From Eledone cirrhosa (taxonomy: Eukaryota): DNA of 64,000 nt. The DNA lies in the NCBI GenBank assembly GCA_964016885.1, contig OZ024761.1, forward strand, positions 6,944,001-7,008,000, in the 5' to 3' direction. Positions 39,488-52,064 of the stretch are shown piece after piece. Every line of letters begins with the position of its first letter. Position 1 is the first letter of the stretch. Made by a program: the position numbers and the translations under genes. The notes under the pieces are model-generated. The model searched no databases. It worked only from the letters and a program-made list of their open reading frames with translations, and was not told the origin of the DNA.

Positions 39488-39881
39488 GAAATATAAATAT
39501 AAACATTCATATATTTACAACGTTATATAACGATGTAAATATATGAATGTTTATATAAGCGATGTGATATAGCGTACGATATATCATAACCGAAAGTATT
39601 GACATTTGAGAATTTTAAAAGAAGTGAATCTTAAAATAAGGAATCATTCAATATAAGAATATTTATGTTTAATCAACAGCTACGAAATTTAATTGATAAA
39701 TTATGTAATATTCATTCATGTTCTGTGTTTAAATCCTGCTGAGGTTAGCATTGCCTTTCATCGTTGAGGGATTGATAAAAGATAGTACCAGTAACATACT
39801 GGAGTTGATTTAATTGCATTTCCCCTCCTCACAAAATTGTTGGCCTTGTGCCTCTAGTAGAAACCATTATTATTATTATTA

Positions 39882-40070
39882 TCGCGGTGAATTGGCAGTA
39901 TCGGTAGAGGGTCAGACATGCTGTCCAGCATAGTTACGTCCCTTTATGATCTGAGTTCAAATCCCTTTAAGGTTAACTTTGCCTTTCACCCTTACGGGGT
40001 CGATAAAATAAAGTACCAGTAATGCACTGGGTAATTGCTGGCCTTGTGCCAAAGGTAGAAACAATATTAT
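39882..40070 (+). mobile_element. SINE family 1
   Basis: Matches the family consensus. Confidence 0.85.
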
Positions 40071-40071
40071 T

Positions 40072-42800
40072 ATCGCGGTGAATTGGCAGTATCGGTAGAG
40101 GGTTGGACGCCATGGCAGTATCAGTAGAGGGTTGGACACCATGGCAGTATCGGTAGAGGGTTGGACACCATGGCAGTATCAGTAGAGGGTTGGACACCAT
40201 GGCAGTTTCAGTAGAGGGTTGGACACCATGGCAGTATCGGTAGAGGGTTGGACGCCATGGCAGTATCAGTAGAGGGTTGGACACCATGGCAGTTTCAGTA
40301 GAGGGTCGGACACCATGGCAGTTTCAGTAGAGGGTTGGACACCATGGCAGTTTCAGTAGAGGGTTGGACGCCATGGCAGTATCAGTAGAGAGTTGGACGC
40401 CATGGCAGTTTCGGTAGAGGGTTGGACACCATGGCAGTTTCAGTAGAGGGTTGGACGCCATGGCAGTATCAGTAGAGGGTTGGACACCATGGCAGTTTCA
40501 GTAGAGGGTTGGACGCCATGGCAGTATCTGTAGAGGGTTGGACACCATGGCAGTTTCAGTAGAGGGTTGGACACCATGGCAGTATCTGTAGAGGGTTGGA
40601 CACCATGGCAGTTTCAGTAGAGGGTTGGACGCCATGGCAGTTTCAGTAGAGGGTCGGACACCATGGCAGTTTCAGTAGAGGGTTGGACACCATGGCAGTT
40701 TCAGTAGAGGGTTGGACGCCATGGCAGTTTCAGTAGAGGGTTGGACGCCATGGCAGTTTCAGTAGAGGGTTGGACACCATGGCAGTTTCGGTAGAGGGTT
40801 GGACACCATGGCAGTTTCAGTAGAGGGTTGGACACCATGGCAGTTTCAGTAGAGGGTTGGACACCATGGCAGTTTCGGTAGAGGGTTGGACGCCATGGCA
40901 GTTTCAGTAGAGGGTCGGACGCCATGGCAGTATCGGTAGAGGGTTGGACACCATGGCAGTTTCAGTAGAGGGTTGGACGCCATGGCAGTATCAGTAGAGG
41001 GTTGGACGCCATGGCAGTTTCAGTAGAGGGTTGGACGCCATGGCAGTTTCAGTAGAGGGTTGGACACCATGGCAGTATCGGTAGAGGGTTGGACACCATG
41101 GCAGTTTCAGTAGAGGGTTGGACGCCATGGCAGTTTCAGTAGAGGGTTGGACGCCATGGCAGTTTCAGTAGAGGGTTGGACGCCATGGCAGTTTCAGTAG
41201 AGGGTTGGACGCCATGGCAGTATCGGTAGAGGGTTGGACGCCATGGCAGTTTCAGTAGAGGGTTGGACGCCATGGCAGTTTCAGTAGAGGGTTGGACACC
41301 ATGGCAGTATCGGTAGAGGGTTGGACACCATGGCAGTTTCAGTAGAGGGTTGGACGCCATGGCAGTTTCAGTAGAGGGTTGGACGCCATGGCAGTATCGG
41401 TAGAGGGTTGGACGCCATGGCAGTTTCAGTAGAGGGTCGGACGCCATGGCAGTATCGGTAGAGGGTCGGACACCATGGCAGTATCGGTAGAGGGTTGGAC
41501 GCCATGGCAGTTTCAGTAGAGGGTTGGACACCATGGCAGTTTCGGTAGAGGGTTGGACACCATGGCAGTTTCAGTAGAGGGTCGGACGCCATGGCAGTAT
41601 CGGTAGAGGGTCGGACACCATGGCAGTATCGGTAGAGGGTTGGACGCCATGGCAGTTTCAGTAGAGGGTTGGACACCATGGCAGTTTCGGTAGAGGGTTG
41701 GACACCATGGCAGTTTCAGTAGAGGGTTGGACGCCATGGCAGTTTCAGTAGAGGGTTGGACGCCATGGCAGTTTCAGTAGAGGGTTGGACACCATGGCAG
41801 TATCTGTAGAGGGTCGGACGCCATGGCAGTATCAGTAGAGGGTTGGACGCCATGGCAGTATCGGTAGAGGGTTGGACACCATGGCAGTTTCAGTAGAGGG
41901 TCGGACGCCATGGCAGTATCAGTAGAGGGTTGGACGCCATGGCAGTATCGGTAGAGGGTTGGACACCATGGCAGTTTCAGTAGAGGGTCGGACGCCATGG
42001 CAGTATCGGTAGAGGGTTGGACGCCATGGCAGTATCGGTAGAGGGTCGGACGCCATGGCAGTTTCAGTAGAGGGTCGGACGCCATGGCAGTTTCAGTAGA
42101 GGGTCGGACGCCATGGCAGTTTCAGTAGAGGGTCGGACGCCATGGCAGTATCGGTAGAGGGTCGGACGCCATGGCAGTTTCAGTAGAGGGTCGGACGCCA
42201 TGGCAGTATCGGTAGAGGGTTGGACGCCATGGCAGTTTCAGTAGAGGGTCGGACGCCATGGCAGTATCGGTAGAGGGTCGGACGCCATGGCAGTATCAGT
42301 AGAGGGTTGGACGCCATGGCAGTATCGGTACATGGTTGGACACCATGGCAGTATCGGTAGAGGGTTGGACACCATGGCAGTTTCAGTAGAGGGTCGGACG
42401 CCATGGCAGTATCGGTAGAGGGTTGGACGCCATGGCAGTTTCAGTAGAGGGTTGGACACCATGGCAGTATCAGTAGAGGGTCGGACGCCATGGCAGTATC
42501 GGTAGAGGGTTGGACGCCATGGCAGTTTCAGTAGAGGGTTGGACACCATGGCAGTATCGGTAGAGGGTCGGACGCCATGGCAGTATCTGTAGAGGGTCGG
42601 ACGCCATGGCAGTATCGGTACATGGTCGGACGCCATGCTTTCTAGCATAGTTACATCCCTTTACGGTCTGAGTTCAAATCCCGCCGAGGTTAACTTTGCC
42701 TTTCATCCTTACGGGGTTGATAAAATAAAGTACCAGTAATGCACTGGGATAATTGCTGGCCTTGTGTCAAAAGTAGAAACAATTATTATTATTATTATTA
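40072..42800 (+). repeat. SINE family 1 copy whose 29-bp head segment (ggcagtatcggtagagggttggacgccat) is amplified ~88 times (40084-42636)
   Basis: The array starts after gcggtgaatt and resumes the normal SINE body (gctttctagcatagttac...gagttcaaatcccgcc...) at 42637. Confidence 0.95.
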
Positions 42801-43045
42801 TTATAAGGTGGTGAATTGGCAGTCATTAGTACATCAGATAGAATGTTTTGCAGTATTTATTCCTGCTGTCGGGTCACTGAGTTCAAATCTCACCAAGGTC
42901 AACTTTTCTTTTCATCCATTGAAGGTTGATAAAAAAAAAAAGTACCAGTCATGTACTGGGGTTGATTCTTTCTCTATATCTCTTTCTCACTTCCTCTCTG
43001 TAACTCTCTATCCGTCTCTGGAAGAAATCTGTATTCAAACCTGGA

Positions 43046-44182
43046 CAGGAGATGGGCTCCATCAGGTTTTAAAATGCCCAAGACATGCTGTATGTCACTA
43101 TGGCACCCCTTTAATTCAGGAGATGGGCTCCATCAGGTTTTAAAATGCCCAAGACATGCTGTATGTCACTATGGCACCCCTTTAATTCAGGAGATGGGCT
43201 CCATCAGGTTTTAAAATGCCCAAGACATGCTGTATGTCACTATGGCACCCCTTTAATTCAGGAGATGGGCTCCATCAGGTTTTAAAATGCCCAAGACATG
43301 CTGTATGTCACTATGGCACCCCTTTAATTCAGGAGATGGGCTCCATCAGGTTTTAAAATGCCCAAGACATGCTGTATGTCACTATGGCACACCTTTAATT
43401 CAGGAGATGGGCTCCATCAGGTTTTAAAATGCCCAAGACATGCTGTATGTCACTATGGCACCCCTTTAATTCAGGAGATGGGCTCCATCAGGTTTTAAAA
43501 TGCCCAAGACATGCTGTATGTCACTATGGCACACCTATAATTCAGGAGATGGGCTCCATCAGGTTTTAAAATGCCCAAGACATGCTGTATGTCACTATGG
43601 CACCCCTTTAATTCAGGAGATGGGCTCCATCAGGTTTTAAAATGCCCAAGACATGCTGTGTGTCACTATGGCACACCTATAATTCAGGAGATGGGCTCCA
43701 TCAGGTTTTAAAATGCCCAAGACATGCTGTATGTCACTATGGCACCCCTTTAATTCAGGAGATGGGCTCCATCAGGTTTTAAAATGCCCAAGACATGCTG
43801 TATGTCACTATGGCACACCTATAATTCAGGAGATGGGCTCCATCAGGTTTTAAAATGCCCAAGACATGCTGTATGTCACTATGGCACACCTATAATTCAG
43901 GAGATGGGCTCCATCAGGTTTTAAAATGCCCAAGACATGCTGTATGTCACTATGGCACCCCTTTAATTCAGGAGATGGGCTCCATCAGGTTTTAAAATGC
44001 CCAAGACATGCTGTATGTCACTATGGCACCCCTTTAATTCAGGAGATGGGCTCCATCAGGTTTTAAAATGCCCAAGACATGCTGTATGTCGCTATGGCAC
44101 ACCTATAATTCAGGAGATGGGCTCCATCAGGTTTTAAAATGCCCAAGACATGCTGTATGTCGCTATGGCACCCCTTTAATTC
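43046..44182. repeat. 71-bp minisatellite, 16 near-identical copies
   Basis: caggagatgggctccatcaggttttaaaatgcccaagacatgctgtatgtcactatggcacccctttaatt, with starts at 43046, 43117 and so on. Confidence 0.97.
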
Positions 44183-44519
44183 CTCCAGGAGTTACGTGTC
44201 TATACACTGCCTCTTTCCTCACCTTCCACATCTGATACAGCATCATCATCATCATCATCACCGTTTTACGTCCGTTCTCCACATTAGCATGAGTTAGACG
44301 GGTTGTCCTGATGTGGGCAGGTTGTCCTGATGTTGCTCAAGGAAACAACACATCACCCGGTCCGAGAATTGAACTCACAACCTTTTGATTGCAAGCCCAA
44401 TGCTCTAACCACTAAGCCATGCGCCTGTCCAAACCATGCATACAGCCATGGGAAGCTGAACACCCTCAACCACTATGTTGCTGCAATGTCAAAAAGATTC
44501 TTGGTCCACGCCTTAAGGT

Positions 44520-46720
44520 GGTTGTGCTAGTGACAACACAAAAGCCCCTCTTCTATGTAAGTTGGTGCTGGTGACACAACAAAAGCCCCTCTTCTATGTA
44601 AGTTGGTGCTGGTGACATGACAAAAGCCCCTCTTCTATGTAAGTTGGTGCTGGTGACACAACAAAACCCCCTCTTCTATGTAAGTTGGTGCTGGTGACAC
44701 AACAAAAGCCCCTCTTCTATGTAAGTTGGTTCTAGTGACACAACGAAAGCCTCTCTTCTATGTAAGTTGGTGCTGGTGACACAACAAAAGCCCCTCTTCT
44801 ATGTAAGTTGGTGCTGGTGACACAACAAAAGCTCCTCTTCTATGTAAGTTGGTGCTGGTGACACAACAAAAGCCCCTCTTCTATGTAAGTTGGTGCTGGT
44901 GACACAACAAAAGCTCCTCTTCTATGTAAGTTGGTCCTGGTGACACAACAAAAGCCCCTCTTCTATGTAAGTTGGTGTTGGTGACATAACAAAAGCCTCT
45001 CTTCTATGTAAGTTGGTGCTGGTGACACAACAAAAGCCCTTCTTGTATGTAAGTTGGTGCTGGTGACACAACAAAAGCCCCTCTTCTATGTAAGTTGGTG
45101 CTGGTGACACAACAAAAGCCCCTCTTCTATGTAAGCTGGTCCTGGTGACACAACAAAAGCCCTTCTATGTAAGTTGGTGCTGGTGACACAACAAAAGCCC
45201 CTCTTCTATGTAAGTTGGTGTTGGTGACATAACAAAAGCCCCTCTTTTATGTAAGTTGGTGCTGGTGACACAACAAAAGCCCCTCTTCTATGTAAGCTGG
45301 TGCTGGTGACACAACAAAAGCCCCTCTTCTATGTAAGTTGGTACTGGTGACACAACAAAAGCCCCTCTTCTATATAAGTTGGTGTTGGTGACACAACAAA
45401 AGCCCCTCTTCTATGTAAGTTGGTGTTGGTGACACAACAAAAGCCCCTCTTCTATGTAAGTTGGTGTTGGTGACATAACAAAAGCCCCTCTTCTATGTAA
45501 GTTGGTGCTGGTGACACAACAAAAGCCCCTCTTCTATGTAAGTTGGTGCTGGTGACATGACAAAAGCCCCTCTTTTATGTAAGTTGGTGCTGGTGACACA
45601 ACAAAAGCCTCTCTTCTATGTAAGTTGGTGCTGGTGACACAACAAAAGCCCTTCTATGTAAGTTGGTCCTGGTGACACAACAAAAGCCCCTCTTCTATGT
45701 AAGTTGGTCCTGGTGACACAACAAAAGCCTCTCTTCTATGTAAGTTGGTGCTGGTGACACAACAAAAGCCTCTCTTCTATGTAAGTTGGTGCTGGTGACA
45801 CAACAAAAGCCCTTCTATGTAAGTTGGTCCTGGTGACACAACAAAAGCCCCTCTTCTATGTAAGTTGGTCCTGGTGACACAACAAAAGCCTCTCTTCTAT
45901 GTAAGTTGGTGCTGGTGACACAACAAAAGCCTCTCTTCTATGTAAGTTGGTGCTGGTGACACAACAAAAGCCCCTCTTCTATGTAAGTTGGTGCTGGTGA
46001 CACAACAAAAGCCCTTCTTGTATGTAAGTTGGTCCTGGTGACACAACAAAAGCCCTTCTATGTAAGTTGGTGCTGGTGACACAACAAAAGCCCCTCTTCT
46101 ATGTAAGTTGGTGTTGGTGACATAACAAAAGCCCCTCTTTTATGTAAGTTGGTGCTGGTGACACAACAAAAGCCCCTCTTCTATGTAAGCTGGTGCTGGT
46201 GACACAACAAAAGCCCCTCTTCTATGTAAGTTGGTACTGGTGACACAACAAAAGCCCCTCTTCTATATAAGTTGGTGTTGGTGACACAACAAAAGCCCCT
46301 CTTCTATGTAAGTTGGTGCTGGTGACACAACAAAAGCCCCTCTTCTATGTAAGTTGGTGTTGGTGACATAACAAAAGCCCCTCTTCTATGTAAGTTGGTG
46401 CTGGTGACACAACAAAAGCCCCTCTTCTATGTAAGTTGGTGCTGGTGACATGACAAAAGCCCCTCTTTTATGTAAGTTGGTGCTGGTGACACAACAAAAG
46501 CCTCTCTTCTATGTAAGTTGGTGCTGGTGACACAACAAAAGCCCTTCTATGTAAGTTGGTCCTGGTGACACAACAAAAGCCCCTCTTCTATGTAAGTTGG
46601 TCCTGGTGACACAACAAAAGCCTCTCTTCTATGTAAGTTGGTGCTGGTGACACAACAAAAGCCCTTCTATGTAAGTTGGTGTTGGTGACATGACAAAAGA
46701 ACACCTAGTCCACCCTTTAA
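44520..46720. repeat. 41-bp minisatellite gtgacacaacaaaagcccctcttctatgtaagttggtgctg, ~53 copies
   Basis: Direct tandem periodicity. A higher-order duplication is visible (45130-45700 resembles 46020-46600). Confidence 0.96.
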
Positions 46721-46765
46721 AGTGGTCATGTCGGTTGCATGACTTTAATCACAAGCACATTCACA

Positions 46766-46814
<49 letters not shown>

Positions 46815-47057
46815 GTGCTCACACTCATACTCATATATACAGACATAACATTCTCATCTACACACACACTCACTCACACACACATATACATACATAGACC
46901 CAACAATCACACACACACACACATATATATATACATATATACATAGACCCAGCAATCACATCTACACACACACACATATATATATACATACATAGACTCA
47001 ACCGTCTCATCTACACACACACACATATATATATACATACATAGACCCAACCGTCTC

Positions 47058-47126
<69 letters not shown>

Positions 47127-47268
47127 CATAGACCCAACAATCTCATCTACACACACACACAATAACCATTTCAATTTCATCTGTAAGATCTCTCAATGCA
47201 TATATATTCACACACACACACACACAGAAACATATATATATATATACACACACACAGAAACATACATA

Positions 47269-47670
47269 TATATATGAATGTATATATAGTGTATTTTGCA
47301 ATTCACTGTATGCTTAATTAAAAGCATTTTGAAGACCATACGCTATTGTTTTAAAATAGTGACAATGTCACATATTTAAATTTTCAGCAAACAGGGGAGA
47401 TAAACTGACAGAGCTCTGTTTCGTACTTTTTGGTACTTATCAAAGCTCACTATTCCTGCAATTTTGATAAGTACCAAAAAGTACGAAACAGAGCTCTGTC
47501 AGTTTATCTCCCCTGTTTGCTGAAAATTTAAATATGTGACATTGTCACTATTTTAAAACAATAGTGTATGGTCTTCAAAATGCTTTTAATTAAGCATACA
47601 GTGTATTGCAAAATACACTATATATACATTCATATATATATCTCTATTTCAGAGCACCAATTCTAATTTT
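47269..47670. mobile_element. Fold-back HHR element: arms ~47269-47444 and 47463-47638
   Basis: Near-perfect inverted repeat with an 18-nt spacer. The tail is homologous to 35665-35775 and 36260-36430. Confidence 0.8.
47401..47449 (-). ncRNA. Hammerhead motif with U3/A8 covariant core (mirror copy 47460-47504 on +)
   Basis: tgagct-TTGATAA-gtac(caaaaa)gtac-GAA-ACAGA(gc)TCTGT-C-agttta. Confidence 0.7.
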
Positions 47671-47709
<39 letters not shown>

Positions 47710-48059
47710 ACATACACACAGAAACGTACATATATATATATACACACACACAGAAACATATATATATATATATATATATACACAGAAACATATATATATA
47801 TATATATATATGTATACACACACACAGAAACGTACATATATATATATACACACACACAGAAACATACATATATATATAACTGTTATTATTTGTTATATGT
47901 CAGTTCAATAATATGGATAAATCTGTCCGGCCTTTCTAAAAATAATCTCGTAAACTTTCCCATTCACATACCACATGCCACCATTGCTATTTGGTCCAAT
48001 CAGCGGTTTGTAGCATGTTTCTCTTACCAATCTCTATAGCAAAGCCACCGCCTCAGCTA

Positions 48060-48550
48060 TTACTCCTTAAGTTTAGACCTGGTTGCTTTTCAGTTTGCTA
48101 AATGGACTACAGAATTTGGAGAGTCTGAACACTCAATGACAATGTCAAAGATGAAGATAAATTCACCTCCTGCTGCCGGATGAGAATGCAAGGACTCTTC
48201 TTTATTTCAGACACGGATGGCCAACATAATTCCATCTCCCACACCCTTCCCTGCGCCTCCAACCCATCCCTTCCACCCACCCAACAAAACCCAAAACTTC
48301 AGAGTTGGTACCATGAATGTAGGCACTTTGAACGAGGTTGTAGAGATGCTTGAACGTAAGGAAGTTGGTGTTTGTTGTGTTCAAGAGACTAGGTGGAGGG
48401 GTGGGTCTGCTAGATTCATTGTGGGTAAAAAACGATGCTATAAACTTTTCTGGGTTGGAAATGACAATGGGCTGGGTGGAGTAGGAATTATGTTAGCAGA
48501 AAAATGGGTAGGTAATTGCTGTAAATAGAGTGAATGACAGAATAATTAAA
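48060..48550 (+). mobile_element. RTE LINE 5' fragment (APE endonuclease N-terminus)
   Basis: FRVGTMNVGTL..VVEML.R..V.VCCVQETRWRGGSARFI...YKLFWVGN..G.GGVGIMLAEKW...RVNDRII. Confidence 0.85.
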
Positions 48551-50487
48551 AGTGCAAATGATTTCCTTGAGCTAGTGCTGGACTCGAGCTGGTCCCAAGT
48601 AGTCACTTCCCCAACAAGAGGTGACAACACTTTGGACCTACTCTTCACCACTACTCCTGAAATGGTTATTAGTGTTACTACTGAGGAACCTTTAGGTGAC
48701 TCTGATCATGCTATGATCATTGCCAATCTATCCCTTATGGGCAGTAACAAAAACCACAACCATCTCCAAACTGCTCACTTTGACTGGAATTGTTACTGCA
48801 CCGAGTTGCAACGTCCAAACTGGCTTCAATTTTACGACTCTGGAGATGTCAACACTGTACTCCAGAACATCCTGAACTTAATATGGACAGCATGTGCAGC
48901 ATTGGTGCCACATAAGCAGAAAAAACATCCCAAAAGTGCAATTTGGGAGACTGCAACAGTCTGTCTTGCCAGAAAAGAACGTTGTAATGCTGAACGTGAG
49001 TACAAACTGCATAAATCAGATATCAATAGGAAAAAGCGAAATAAATCATCCAACCATCTCAAACAGGTGACAAAAAAAGGCAGTGCTTGAATTTGAACAA
49101 CGCAGGGCAACCAATCCTGACAGTAAGGTGTTCTGGAAATATGTACACTCAAAGCAGAGGCCTCACTCTCCAGTTGGTTCTCTTCGCAATCCCCACACAA
49201 GCCAGGTTACTGACGACCCCAAGGAATGGCGGATCATGGGTGGATGTTGTTTACCTTGACTTTGCTAAAGCTTTTAATTCTGTGCCACACAAAAGACCTA
49301 TGGCAAAACTCTCTGCAATGGGTGTGAAGGATGATCTTTTTAATTGGTTGAAGTCGAAGAGAGGTAGTCACAGTTCTAGGACGGCATTCCTCACCGTATG
49401 AGATGTCATCTTGTGTACCACAGGGCTCTGTTCTTGGTCCTCTTTCGTTTGTGGCATATATTAATGACATAGGTGCCACAGTACTGAAATATGCAGATGA
49501 CATCAAGCTGAACCTTGAGATAAAAAGGACAGATCCTGAACACTATAGATATTTTCTGCAATCAGACCTGGACACAATGGATTATGGACTGGCAACATAA
49601 GTTGGCTGTGGACAAGTGTACCACCATGCATTTTGGGAGTATAAACCCAGCGCCCCACATACTCCCTCCACAACCCTAATATCAAGAAGTCTTCTTGTGA
49701 ACATGACCTGGGCATTACTGTCAGCACGTCTCTAAAATTGTCAAGAAGCCTGAGGGTGTCTTAGCATCACTCAGCAAGACCTTTGTCAGCCGCTCTCCAG
49801 CTATCTATTTATAGCTGTATATAGCTATGGTGTGGCCACACTTAGAATTTGCATCACCAGTCTGGAACCCCTATCTTGCTCAGAACATTGACCTCCTGGA
49901 AATTATTCAGAGACGTGCAACCAAGCGAATACCCGCCATCAGGCATCTACCATACTTTGAACACCTTGGTTCCCTGGGCATCGATATATTAAAGCTCCGA
50001 CATCTGGCAATTGACTTGGTAAACACCCACAAAATTATTAACCATCTTGCCAACAACAACCCTGAGTACCTCTTTGAATTCCATGTGTTTAACACATCTG
50101 GGCATGCCTACAAAGTCAGAAAACAGCACATGGAAACATTTTTTCACATTCAGAGTTGTCGAAGCATGGAACAAACTACCTGCATCAGTTATTAGCTGTC
50201 GAGACACTGCATCCTTTAAAACCTCCATGGAACAAATTATCTGCATCAGTTGTTAGCTGTTGAGATACTGCATCCTTTAAAACCTCCATGCTTCCTGAGA
50301 TTCGCCAACACTACACCTGATATTCCCACTCCATACACACACACACACACGCACACATGTATATCATGACTCATACACTGTTCATTTTCCAGACATTTGA
50401 ACATTATTCTATGTACTATACATGCACCTTTGATGAGTTGTAGTGCACCTGAGCACTGTACACAATAATTTCATTATTATTATTATA
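48550..50487 (+). mobile_element. CR1-group LINE, decayed, internally deleted ORF2 plus 3' UTR
   Basis: Q.V..PTRG.N.LDLLFT, LGDSDH, VDVVYLDFAKAF.SVPH, VPQGSVLGP, KYADD, V.PHLEFASPVWNPYL...LE.IQRRATK, FF..RVV.AWN.LP. Multiple frameshifts and an (att)n tail. Confidence 0.9.
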
Positions 50488-50495
50488 GAAACATG

Positions 50496-50564
<69 letters not shown>

Positions 50565-50631
50565 TCATACACACACACAATAATTCTTTATATTCAACTT
50601 GTCAGTAACATGTTTCATCTGCTATTCCCAG

Positions 50632-50689
50632 ATATATTGATCCTAGTAACTTTATCAAACATCTTGGTCTCAACACTGCTCAGCAACAG
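50632..50689 (+). CDS. USP48: USP48-like coding exon 6
   Basis: attcccag|A TAT..: (R)YIDPSNFIKHLGLNTAQQQ|gtaaga. Resembles USP48 [20 protein letters not shown](DAQEF). Phase matches exon 5. Confidence 0.95.
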
Positions 50690-50831
50690 GTAAGATGTCT
50701 CAATTGTTACTTAACTGATCTGTCTAAAACTATTCTATATACTTTAATATAAGCTCATCTGAATATCAACAATGTATGTATAAGAGTGACAGTTACTTAG
50801 TGAGGGTGACAATTATTCAAGACCCTAAATA

Positions 50832-50873
<42 letters not shown>

Positions 50874-50886
50874 GAAAGGAAAACGA

Positions 50887-51250
50887 AAAATCAGTGCTGC
50901 ATCGGAATTCAATTTATTGTGTGTTACAATTGTTTCCCCCGGCGGACAGCTTGAGGTGCAATCCGTGTGTGGATCTACCTGACTCTAGACTCAAAGATTC
51001 CTCGGACACGTCTATTGATTTCCGTAATCAATAGACGTGTCTGAGGCATCTGCGAGTCTAGAGTCAGGTAGATCCACATACGGATCGCACCTCAGGCTGT
51101 CCGCCGGGGAAACAATTGTAACACACAATAAATTGAGTTCCGATGCAGCACTGATTTTCATTTTCCATTCTATAATACTCTGCTCCATAGCAGCCTAGAG
51201 TGCTCAACCGGCTTACCGCCTATGGAAGCATCTTCGCTACCATTAGACAT
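50887..51250. mobile_element. Fold-back HHR-like element: arms 50887-51020 and 51026-51158
   Basis: gtgt-CTGAGGC..(long stem II)..GAAAC-AATT-GTA-acac at 51037-51124 (+). The mirror at 50921-51009 (-) has CCGAGGA. Confidence 0.7.
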
Positions 51251-51273
51251 ATATATATATCTATATATATATT

Positions 51274-51340
<67 letters not shown>

Positions 51341-51384
51341 AAAATTCGAATTCGAATTGTAGCATAGCTGATGGGTTCATTTGA

Positions 51385-51711
51385 TTTCATTTCACGTCCG
51401 CTTTTCCCTGCTTGCAAGGGTGGGACGGGAACTGATTCTGGGTTGATTTCTACAGCTGGATGCCCTTCCTAACACCAACCTCATTTACAGTGAGTGCTGG
51501 GTGCTTTTTTGCCGTGGCACCTCCACGACCACTTTGCAGTGGAATGATAGGGACCCCAGTCCCTATCATCTCATTTCTACAGCTGAGTAAATTGGAGCAA
51601 TGTGAAATAAAGTGTCTGGCTCAAGGAAACAACACATCACTCGGTCTGAGAATTGAACTCACAACCTTTCGATTGCAAGGCCAATGCTCTAACCACTAAG
51701 CCATGTGCCTC
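51385..51711 (-). mobile_element. SINE family 2, full length
   Basis: Reverse complement of the consensus. Confidence 0.9.
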
Positions 51712-52015
51712 TATCGAATAATAATATTTGATTTGTTTGCAAGCACACAGCCTTACTAAGCTATGCTGTGTCTTGATGGCTATCACCATCTATTTGTTCA
51801 ATGATGCTACTGTTGAACAAATAGATGGTGATAGCCATCAAGACTCAGCATAGCTTAGTAAGGCCGTGTGCTTGCAAACAAATTGAAGGGCGGTGGATTG
51901 GCAGTATCGGTAGAGAGTCGGACGCCATGCTTTCCAGCATAGTTACAGTCCCTATATGGTCCGAGTTCAAATCCCGCCGAGCAAAAGTAGAAACAATTAT
52001 TATTCGATATAACCC

Positions 52016-52059
<44 letters not shown>

Positions 52060-52064
<5 letters not shown>

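Noticed and set aside
40084-46720. Regular 29-, 71- and 41-bp arrays as possible CRISPR arrays
   Set aside because: Head-to-tail tandem repeats without unique spacers, no cas genes, eukaryotic context.
50425-50470. TTGATGA motif near the CR1 tail as HHR
   Set aside because: No GAAA/stem III; it is the LINE 3' UTR stem-loop region.
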